The position numbers were made by a program, and so were the translations under genes. A stretch of DNA of 32,984 bases from Octopus bimaculoides (Eukaryota): positions 107,445,249-107,478,232 of the forward strand of contig NC_068984.1 of assembly GCF_001194135.2 (NCBI RefSeq), given 5' to 3'. Below the pieces are notes generated by a model. The model saw only the letters and a program-made list of their open reading frames with translations, did not search any database and was not told the origin of the DNA. The first letter of the stretch is position 1. The number at the start of each line of letters is the position of its first letter. This document shows, in pieces, positions 21,035-30,638 of the stretch.

Positions 21035-22462
21035 GCCGGAATTCTTTAGTCCATTCTCATTTCTAGAACTAAATTCCGTTGCAGCTGCAACGATCTGTAT
21101 TCTGCCTGTCCATTCTTTGTGGTGCAACAGTTTGGCGAGAGAATTTTGACTCTTTTTGTGTTATTCTAGGATTAGAACGTATCTCTAATCGTTTTACAAT
21201 AGGAAATGTTTGTACAGCCTTAAGAACTGTTGTGGGAATTATCAATATAATTTGGCAATTTTTAAGAACATTTGCTCTGTGGTAACTTCTTATCAGCTGT
21301 TTTTTCAATCAGTCTATAATGTCAGCCAAAACAACATAGTTTTTTTTTTTTTAGAAACTTAAAATAGCGGGAATTGATTTCAAAGAATTAACGCCAAATT
21401 AACAGTATATTATATCTTTATAAAAATAAACACAAATTGTTCCTGATGATCACTTTTTAAACCTGTTTGTAGCGTTTGTCAATACACAATTATTATATAC
21501 ATGGCTATGAAATATAGATGTCTGTAATGGTCATGAGCTGACAAGGAAAAATGTACCTTCCGAAATTCAATCTTTGTTCAAGACTTTCACTTTTGTAATT
21601 AGGCAGGTTCTCAAAGATCAGATGCTAAATTACTGCCTTCCACACAATTTCTTCCTGGAAGATATCAAATGAATCGTAATTAAAATTGCCTTTTAAAACT
21701 TGTTTGTGGTAACTTCAGCGATCTCCTGTCCGTTTGTTGACAGCATTTTATTTGCTTCAATGACATCTCTAAATTGTTTATGAATGCAAGAGTTGATCGA
21801 TATTTAGTGTCAAAGAAAAAGTCATACATTCAATTTGTTTCTGGCTTGAATAGAGTAACATGAATAGAGTCACAATTTCCTTACAATTACACATCACATT
21901 AGGGACTATAACGAATAGCTTCCTTAATATTTAGACTTAATTAGAATAACAATTACCTCACTGAAGCAGTTCTCTTTACATTGTAGCCTTCTTCACATTC
22001 AGACTTGATTAAAATAACTCCTTATAGTTGCTCACTTTAGTGAGCATCTCACATCGTAACTTCTTTCACATCCGGACTTAAACATGTACTTGATGGATGA
22101 TAAAGTCATCGGTTGAAGTGTTTCAAAACGTTTGCCTACACTAGAATTTTCCACAAACATTTTACACGCCTCATCAGAGCATTTTTCACTGCAGTTGCAT
22201 AAATGTAGTTACAATCGTGTGAGGACAACTGAAAATATAGTTGAAGATTTTATGTTTGACAAGCAAGAAAAAACTCTATTTTCACACTAGGTACCAAGTA
22301 GTTGTTGATCGAATGAATACATAACGTAAGGTGTTCCTTGCTGAATGTATCAAGATATTCGTCGTGAATAACCGGAAAAATACTCTGTGCATACCACGTA
22401 AATCTTTCATATCGAAGTCTGTTAAAGAAAAGCCTTTGATATATAACTCTTCTTCATTTTCT
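21035..22462 (-). mobile_element. Decayed hAT transposase (DUF4371/ZMYM1-like region plus hAT C-terminal dimerization domain)
   Basis: Manual translation across frameshifts: IENE..; FPVIHDEYLDTFSKEHLTLCI; NIKSSTI..; C.DEA..M....SVGKRF; MYDFFF..NNL..NGQEIAEVT..DSFDIF; HF..SA.DHYRHLYF; C-terminal IILIIPTT....QTF..VKRL..LLHHKE.T.RI.IVAAATEFSSRNEN. Confidence 0.8.
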
Positions 22463-22988
22463 ATCTGGAAGACTTGCAAGGCCCTTCTTCCAAAATTCAC
22501 TTGTCCGGGACGAAAAATACTCCCCCAGTACTGTACAGACCTCGTCTACAGCATTCATATTTTTTCCGTCCAAATGGTTTTGAAGACTGCGGGATAAATG
22601 ATGAGGCAATGTCCGACGAATATGGTGGGTGGGGTATCATTTCCCATTCAAACAGCTCCAGCCTTTGGAATATCATCCTGGCTGTATGAGGCCGAGCATT
22701 ATCCTGATTGAAGAAAATCTTTTGTCTTGAAACCAAAGATGGTCATTTTTCTTCAAGCGCTGACTTAAGCCGCTCAAGCTGCTCGCAGTAGATCTCCTTT
22801 GTTATTGTTTGGTTTGGGTTTAAAAGTTCAAAATGGACTAAACATTACATATCCCACTAAATAGATAACATTACCCTACGCGGGTGAAGACCTTCTTTAA
22901 CCTGAGGTGCTGGGGTTTCTCCTTTCTCTACCCACTGTCTTCGGCGCTTGACATTTTCATAGAGAACTTATTTGTCGTCACCAGTCAC
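22462..22988 (-). mobile_element. Second mariner transposase fragment (catalytic half, different subfamily), no TIRs seen
   Basis: VTGDDK*VLYENVKRRRQW....LHPRRVMLSI*WD..LVHFELL.PNQTIT..IYCEQL.RL; QDNARPHT; HPPYSSDIA; LQNHLDGK...EFWKKGL..LPDR. Confidence 0.92.
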
Positions 22989-23004
22989 TTTTCGGGGCAA
23001 TCAC

Positions 23005-23208
23005 AGATACAAACACACACGTAGATACACACACATATATACGACGGTTTTCTTTCAGTTTCCATCTACCAAATCGTCTATAGTCTCAGGCTTTGGTTGA
23101 CCTGAGGCTACAGTAGAAGACATTTGCCCAAAGTGCCACGCTGTAGTACTGAACCTGGAACCATGTGGTTGAGAAACAAGCTTCATACCACACAACCACG
23201 CCTGTGCC
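23005..23208 (-). mobile_element. SINE family A, 5' half only
   Basis: Matches 20870-21034 (ACGACGG..TTTCAGTTTCC..GCCCAA.GTGCCACG..GGAACCATGTGGTT..CCTGTGCC). Confidence 0.85.
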
Positions 23209-23269
23209 AATACACACACTCACATATACATACATACATACATACATACATACATACACACATACATAC

Positions 23270-23600
23270 AAGTAAAACGCTTGACAAAAGTGTATCATCC
23301 TGGGGAAATTAAAATTCATAGGCGGATTTGATTGAGTTATCCGGAAGCAAACCGGGGAGTTTTCTTTCGCTAATTGTGCTAATGTTGATTGAGAACAATG
23401 AAGCGGAAAATACTGCAACAGAAATAATTTTGCTAGAAGCCTCTAGTTGCACAGTTTGAGTGTGTTTCTCTGTTCTTCAACTTCCTTCACTCGTACGTTG
23501 ATATCGTTTCCTTTTGCGTTATTCTATTCTGCCATGACATTTTTGCAGACTAGTTCAAAACGAAAACCTCAATATTGTTGATATTTTTTTTATATCACTT
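23270..23600 (-). mobile_element. Possible N-terminal part of the same hAT transposase
   Basis: Weak similarity only: KH.....LEA.SKIISV and STLAQLAKEN...CF.I; same strand and correct order relative to 21035-22462. Confidence 0.35.
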
Positions 23601-23824
23601 GCATAAAAGTGAATTGAAATGTATTATATTTTCTGTGTCTATTACTTTTACGAATGAGTTAAGCGAATGTCATCATTTCCACGCAGATAAGTGCAGATAC
23701 ATAATAAGATGCATCATATGTAGTATTTATAAAAGAAGATAATCCTTACGTTAGTGCATTAAAATCTAAAAAGGAAAGGTTAGTGTATATAAATAAATAT
23801 GAAATAACGTCTATAGATCTTTTA

Positions 23825-24172
23825 TTGTTTACTTATTTCAAGCATTGAACTGCGGCCATGCTGGAGCACCACCTTGGAAGATTTAGTCGAGCAAACTGAC
23901 CCTTGTACTTAATTTTTAAAGCCTAGTACTTATTCTCTCAATCCTACTTGCTAAGACACAAAGAAACCGACAATGGTTGACAAGTGGTGGTGGAGGGTGG
24001 GGGTGGACAAACACGATGAAACAGACACACACACATACGCACACATATGGTGGGATTCTTTCAGTTTCGGTCTATCAAATCGAAATCTGCTCACAATGGT
24101 TTGGTTGCTCGGTGCTATTCTTCAAGACACCTGCTCCAGTTGGTTGAGAAACAAATTTATTGCTGCACAGTC
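23825..24172 (-). mobile_element. Old, degenerate SINE family A copy
   Basis: ACTGCGGCCATGCTGGAGCACC, TTTAGTCGAGCAAA, CCTAGTACTTATTCT and TCTTTCAGTTTC motifs in family-A order. Confidence 0.75.
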
Positions 24173-24203
<31 letters not shown>

Positions 24204-24212
24204 ACGGTATAG

Positions 24213-24757
24213 GAAATCGTACGGTAAAGGGATATCGTGATCTCCACTTTCCGGCCATACACCGCCGCTGCCAGCATGTGCATTGACAACAGCAACAGAG
24301 CCCCTCAGCTCTTATTTCTAGCAGTGTAAGTGTTATAACACCCTCAGTCTTGACTAATGACACTTATTGTTTTCATTTCTGGTGAAACTCTGCTAACTAA
24401 TTGCATCATTTAATTATTTGTATACACATTACCGATTCGCTAAATCATCCATAATTTTTTATGGAGTAAGCATGTATGCTCGTGTCTGGATTGTCTGGAA
24501 AATGGCGATCTGTGCCGACCCTTCTGACGATGTTTCAGCCTAAGGCTGAAACGTATGGTAAAGGATGTCACGACCCCCACTTTTCGGCCATCTATGACCG
24601 CTACCAGCATATGTGTATACAATTTTATATGCGCTGATAGTAGCAGCAGAGCCGTTCAGCGCTTATTTCTAGCAGTGTAAGTGTTCTAACATCCTCAGTC
24701 ATAATTAAGGGCATTTATTTTTTACCTTTTTGGTGAAACTCTGCTCCCTCATTTAAT

Positions 24758-24760
<3 letters not shown>
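24213..24760 (+). repeat. Imperfect tandem direct repeat (period ~335-351 bp) with a hammerhead-like motif at the unit junction; retrozyme/PLE-LTR-like
   Basis: 24213-24417 aligns with 24548-24760 (GAAA(T)CGTA.GGTAAAGG; CTTATTTCTAGCAGTGTAAGTGTT at 24311 and 24662; GGTGAAACTCTGCT at 24381 and 24732). Confidence 0.85.
24517..24570 (+). ncRNA. Type-I hammerhead-like motif with canonical CUGACGA and GAAAC-GUA
   Basis: GACCCTT-CTGACGA(24524-24530)-TGTTTC-AGCC-TAA-GGCT-GAA-ACGT-A|TGGT-AAAGGATGTC. An alternative 9-bp hairpin GTTTCAGCC/GGCTGAAAC overlaps the core. Confidence 0.5.
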
Positions 24761-24832
<72 letters not shown>

Positions 24833-25400
24833 NNNNNNNNNNNNNNNNNNNNNNNNNNNNNNNNNNNNNNNNNNNNNNNNNNNNNNNNNNNNNNNNNNNN
24901 NNNNNNNNNNNNNNNNNNNNNNNNNNNNNNNNNNNNNNNNNNNNNNNNNNNNNNNNNNNNNNNNNNNNNNNNNNNNNNNNNNNNNNNNNNNNNNNNNNNN
25001 NNNNNNNNNNNNNNNNNNNNNNNNNNNNNNNNNNNNNNNNNNNNNNNNNNNNNNNNNNNNNNNNNNNNNNNNNNNNNNNNNNNNNNNNNNNNNNNNNNNN
25101 NNNNNNNNNNNNNNNNNNNNNNNNNNNNNNNNNNNNNNNNNNNNNNNNNNNNNNNNNNNNNNNNNNNNNNNNNNNNNNNNNNNNNNNNNNNNNNNNNNNN
25201 NNNNNNNNNNNNNNNNNNNNNNNNNNNNNNNNNNNNNNNNNNNNNNNNNNNNNNNNNNNNNNNNNNNNNNNNNNNNNNNNNNNNNNNNNNNNNNNNNNNN
25301 NNNNNNNNNNNNNNNNNNNNNNNNNNNNNNNNNNNNNNNNNNNNNNNNNNNNNNNNNNNNNNNNNNNNNNNNNNNNNNNNNNNNNNNNNNNNNNNNNNNN
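24833..25400. other. Assembly gap (N run)
   Basis: 568 N, preceded by (TA)n(TG)n. Confidence 1.
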
Positions 25401-26389
25401 ATATATATGCGTAAATGTAGGGATAAGCAAGTGAGACAGGTTCCGTATATAAGCATATTAAATGCACGAAACACAAAAATAATGTATGTATGTTTACATG
25501 CACAAAGGTCCAACTTACGCAGAATACAAGCGATATAGAGAATTAAAGGCGTTGAACAAAAGTATTACAAATCCAACAGCTGTTTCTGATGGTCGGTGGT
25601 CCAAAATAATGTTTGTAGATTGATTCCATCTTAGGATGAGACGAGTCTCCGTCTTCAGGGAAGAGATCTTACATTTGAGGTGTTAAAGAAGGACATCGAT
25701 AAAATAGTTATCTTGTAGATTATACTCCAAAGCATAAATAGACAGAGAAGCCTGATCAGTCTAACCTGCCTCCTATAATTTATTCATTTCCACTTTAAGG
25801 TCATATGCAGACATTTGGTTCATCTTTTGAGTTTGTCACTCTTTGATGCAACTGTCCTACCACTCTCTTTCTTGTCACGCTTTTGCTACCAAACACTCAT
25901 AGTCGATTACTTAATACTTTGGACGTTCAACCATTAGAATCAGGGATAAATTGGTCAACTACATATGTAGTAAAAGTCAATGAACGTATGCAGAATATAC
26001 AATCTTAGTCATTGATCTGAATAGCAACACACTTGTGGTTTCTATTGTATTAATTTTCAAACAAAGTATTTTTCCATAAATACAAAATATAAGTAAATCT
26101 TTCATGCAACAAACATTCTTCCTTAAATATAAAGTATCTGGTAAAATACTTTAATTTTATGGGCTTTAAAAAGCCTTTTTTTTTATATCTTTTCTCTCAC
26201 ATTCAAATATAAATGTGTAACAAAAGACTTTTAGAAAACATTTTGTAAATGGAAAATAATGTATGATGTAGGAGGTTTCAAATGGAAATATTAATTGATG
26301 TCTAAAATGCTGAAATATTACAACACTGCTAAATTGGATAATATTACAAGATGTAACTTGTGTGACATAAAAACTACTGTAAATACAAT

Positions 26390-26488
26390 TTGTATACATA
26401 TACACATACAAATACTTATATACATATTCATATATCTATACACATATATACACACCATATATATATGTATGCATTTATATATACATAC

Positions 26489-26526
<38 letters not shown>

Positions 26527-26570
26527 CTGTATCTGTGAAATAATATCATATATATATATATATATATACA
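26390..26570. repeat. TA/CA/TG simple-repeat region
   Basis: Direct reading. Confidence 0.9.
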
Positions 26571-27096
26571 TGATAGTATTTCACAAGTGTAAATCGGAAC
26601 TAGAACTGAAAATGAATTTAAATATTAGAAAGACATAGTGGGCGGACTAAAAAGGTAAAACACATTTTATTTTGTTTCCGCCATAGGAATTTAAATGGTT
26701 GAACACGAAGTACATAGAAAATAGCGTGTAAACATTGGCTTAAAAATACTTTGGAAAAAAAAGGTTGAAGGGCAGCTATCGATTTTTTTCTTAGAAATTT
26801 CAACGAGCGTGCATTCCAAATGAGTCAGATCTAAAACGAATACTCTAAAACGGATTTTACAAATCACAGTAGGGTTTTTTTTTAATCCAGTATTTATACA
26901 CTATTATTCATAGCATTATCTACTACGAATTGAACCGTTAAAGGGGAATTATTTCACATTTTCTGATACTACTGGCATGCAGAAAGAAAGAGACACAGCC
27001 TCTTGACAGATCATGGTTGGTTTACCGCTCCTGAGAAAAATAGTACCCGGCTGCCTCACCCAGTTGTTGATATAATCATCAACGGTGTTGATGATC

Positions 27097-27696
27097 AAGG
27101 CGGTGAGCTGGTAGAAACGTTAGCACGCCAGACGAAATGCTTAGCGGTATTTCGTCAGCTGTTACGTTCTGAGATCGAATTCCGCCGAGATCGACTTTGC
27201 CTTTCATCCTTTCGGGGTCGATAAATTAAGACAAAGTCGACCTCGGCGGAATTTGAACTCAGAACGTAAAGATAGACGAAATACCGCTCAGCATTTCGCT
27301 CGGCGTGCTAACGTTTTTTATTTCTTTATTGCCCATAATAGGATAAACATAGAGGGGACAAACAAGGACAGACAAAGGGGTTAAGTCGATCACATCGACT
27401 CCAGTGCGTAATTGGTACTTGGTTTATCGACCTTGAAAGAATGAAAGGCAAAGTCGACCTCGGCGGAATTTGAACTCAGAACGTAACAGCAGACGAAATA
27501 CCTATTTCGTTATTGCCCACAAGGGGCTAAACATAGAGGAAACAAACAAGAACAGACGAACGGATTAAGTCGATTACATCGACCCCAGTGCGTAACTGGT
27601 ACTTAATTTATCGACCCCGAAAGGATGAAAGGCAAAGTCGACCTCGGCGGAATTTGAACTCAGAACGTAACGGCAGACGAAATACCGCTAAGCATT
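27097..27696. mobile_element. SINE family B cluster: one plus copy (27097-27230) then three minus copies (27232-27316, 27319-27502, 27503-27696)
   Basis: CAAAGTCGACCTCGGCGGAATTTGAACTCAGAACGTAA occurs three times, and its reverse complement once with mismatches. Confidence 0.92.
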
Positions 27697-27844
27697 CCTT
27701 TCACGACCAGCAAATATTCTCCGGTTTATTTCCCTTATAGTATATCATTTGTTACCTGTGACTGAAGCTGAGCTGTCAGTTAAGTGTAAAGAGATTAATG
27801 CCGGTATCCTGGTCGTTATATAAACGGTGCTAGAATTAATAGAA

Positions 27845-28756
27845 TATGGACAAACACATTAAGAATCAATGAGTGTAATATAGTTGTGAGCGCTAACAAT
27901 ATGGATAGTATTATTGTATGATGTCAAGAAATATTATTCCTGTTACAACTTGGCTGTGGAATGATGCATGTGAATGTGAACAGAGTATTGAAAAGGAAGT
28001 TAAATTAAGAACTCGTGAGAGAGGAATATTCAAGCATTTAGGCTAAAATGTAAATCACTCCATGAGAGAATTATTGTAAATCGAGATTTATGCAGGTCCG
28101 CATTTTCAATACAAATAGGAAGAAGAAAACCACTATGGTACAACGATGAATCAAATGAAGAAGTGAAATCCGAATTAAAAAGACAGGCAGATCAGATCTA
28201 CGCAGACATAACCATCTGTAAAATGAGCAATACTGAAAAATACTATAAAGTAAGGGTGCAGGTTGAAGTTAATAAATCTTTATTAAAGTTGAACTCTAAG
28301 TAAGACTCCAAATCTTCAACTTTGGGAAAGCTACCTGAACTAAATATATTATTTGCTATTCTGAAACCATTTTGAGTGATGGATTGTAAGGAGTTTTAGT
28401 TACATATGTTGAATACAAACAAGATGGCTTCAACACGTTGGTCATCAAAAACGCTGGATCATAAACTCTTGCACTCAGCAAAGTTACTGACTTAGTGGCT
28501 GCAGTGAAACAGGAATATTAAAAAATTCGGTTGTCCTGCTTATGTGAACCACTTCACCAAACTGACAACTCATCATTTATGGAGATCTTGCGTCCATCTT
28601 ACCTTGTGAGTGATCGTCGTCTTAGAGTTGATGGGAGAAACGATGATCAACAAGGAAGGTTAAATAGAATGGATTAGAAGTTGTGAGGAGGTGTCAGACT
28701 ACTTAACAAAGACTGGAGTTTCTTCCAAAATTTTGCAGGACATATTAACTCACTGA
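27845..28756 (+). mobile_element. Decayed Ty1/Copia (GalEa-like) RT-RNase H region
   Basis: FKHLG*NV; VNKSLLKL; CYSE....DG.*G; WSSK; TDNSSF......LVSDRRLRVD; IEWIRSCEEVSDYLTKTGVSSKILQDIL*, matching the Copia RNase H C-terminus (TDN.SL..D.RLR.D..W....Q.AD.LTK.G). Confidence 0.75.
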
Positions 28757-29048
28757 CTATTGTTTTATTCATTCTGTATATAGTAACACCCAATATAACA
28801 TCGCTGTGTATAATATTATTGTATATGGCATCACTTTGAACAGTAGTTTTAAGGACAAACTTCCAGTTTGTCGGCATTACTCTGCTGACTCTTTGTATAT
28901 TGAACTCTGAACTGTTACATGAGATTTTGATGAAATCGGTGACTGGAACTGCAAACCTGAGAAGAGGAGACTAGCCATATTAGTAATGGGTTACCTTTCT
29001 CGTAGTATAAAACTTGAAATGTTATCGTTGGATAAAGCTGTCACTTAC

Positions 29049-29075
29049 ATGCAAACAAAGGCTAGCGTCGCTATG
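29049..29075 (-). CDS. Candidate 27-nt microexon of an unidentified minus-strand gene
   Basis: Minus strand: TACTAAC (29108-29102)..TTGTTTACATATCTGACAG | CATAGCGACGCTAGCCTTTGTTTGCAT | GTAAGT. Two frames are open (HSDASLCLH; xIATLAFVCx). Confidence 0.35.
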
Positions 29076-29832
29076 CTGTCAGATATGTAAACAACGCAGG
29101 CGTTAGTATATGAAATTATTGAGTATAATGTTTGTAAGAGCTAACAACAAGAAGGAGTATTTCATTATCTGTTTGGGATTGTTGAAAAAGTAGCCCACTG
29201 TCCGTTGAGCTAAAATCTCTTCTTTCGGGATAAGATGGAACTTGCTCTCCTAACCTTTCCTCTATAAAAAGTTCGTTTTGAATATTTGATATTGCTCGTC
29301 CTGGAACGAGTTTCTGGATAATTGGGCGAACACAGTTTTGTGGCAATGACCATACGGGGAACTTCGTTTCTCCTAACATACTTAACTAACATTGAAACAC
29401 CGCAATTACCACTTCAATTTATCTTTTTTCATCGTTCATCATGACTTCCAGTTCCCTTTTCGCTCACTTGGAAATACATTTTATTGCAATAAGATATCAA
29501 CGTAGCTATTCTTAATACATTCTGGTAGATCCGAACCTTAAGATGCTAACCGCTATTACATTTAGCCATCAGAGTACACTTCTTCCTTTTAGATAATATG
29601 TGTTCTCCTAAAACGATAAACAGCCGCAATCAGTATAGTCAGGTTCGATTCTGCCAGAGCGTATAGTAATGAATAGATAGTTATTATTCGGAGTCTTGTT
29701 GCTATGCTTGCAGACATCAGTACGTATCAGCAAATAATTTGTCATCAGATTCATTGATCTAAGGATAGCTTTGAGTGAGGAGACATATCAAGCAAACTAG
29801 CACCTGTTGTCACATACACATAGCATATATAA

Positions 29833-29989
29833 ACGACGGGCTTCTTTTAATTTTCGTCTGCTAAATCCACTCACAAGACTTTGGTCAGCCCAGGGGTATA
29901 GTAGAAGATACTCGCCCAAGATACCACACTATGGGACTGATTACTGAACTAAGTAGTTGGGAAGCAAACTTCTTACCACACAGCATACC
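29833..29989 (-). mobile_element. SINE family A, 5' half only, degenerate
   Basis: ACGACGGGCTTCTTT..AAATCCACTCACAAG..TATAGTAGAAGA..GCCCAAG..CTTACCACACAGC. Confidence 0.8.
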
Positions 29990-29996
29990 ATTGCAT

Positions 29997-30013
29997 TTCT
30001 CTCTCTCTATCTT

Positions 30014-30060
<47 letters not shown>

Positions 30061-30082
30061 TTATATATATATATATATATAT
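29997..30082. repeat. (CT)n-(TA)n microsatellite
   Basis: Direct reading. Confidence 0.95.
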
Positions 30083-30638
30083 GTAATTTATGATAATGGC
30101 GCACTCCTTTGGACGGTTTAAGTTGAATTAGCCCGCAGTTAGAAGTTGTTTCAAGTTGATAAACGTAAAATATATAATTACCAATTTCCTTAGCAGTTTA
30201 TTATATGGTATTAAGCAATCTAGGTAATCAATAAAGTTTTTTTTAACACAAATTTGGCAGTTAGTAATGAGATCGCAATTGCAGTAGGCATTAGGGATCC
30301 TATATATCTTACCTGAAGCGTTTTGTAGCATGTAGTGATTTTACTCGTAATGCCTGACACAACCGCATTGAAGCTTTTTACAATGAAAGTCATGTATGAT
30401 AAACAAAAGCAAACATTTATAGCAAACACACAAATAGAATAATGGCATGTACAAAAGTAAATATCAGAGCACGCTTATGAGCGAACAGCGTGTGTGAAGT
30501 AAGAAGGATCATTGAAGGTAATGTACTGTTAACAGCAATCACGAAAATGAAGCAAAATATCAATGAAAAGCTTGTAGAAAGTCTGATTACTAACGGCTGC
30601 AGTTTAGCATAGATGTGAAGATTTCAGTAGAGGAGTAA

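Noticed and set aside
22170-22190. CTGATGAG (hammerhead core word) on the minus strand
   Set aside because: It lies inside the hAT coding remnant and has no GAAA or helices in register.
16101-22988. The two mariner pieces appear complementary (first ends at ITGD, second starts at VTGD)
   Set aside because: They are on opposite strands, have different motif styles and both have their own C-terminus. They are separate subfamilies, not a split element.
23520-23545. CHGRIE peptide reminiscent of bacterial ISAs1 transposases
   Set aside because: A six-residue coincidence next to stop codons in eukaryotic repeat context.
25630-25665. CTGAAGAC on the minus strand with a nearby hairpin
   Set aside because: No GAAA follows the stem, so it is not a hammerhead.
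29116-29392. Two overlapping minus-strand ORFs (87 and 60 aa)
   Set aside because: No recognisable domain. It may be an old TE fragment, but this cannot be supported.
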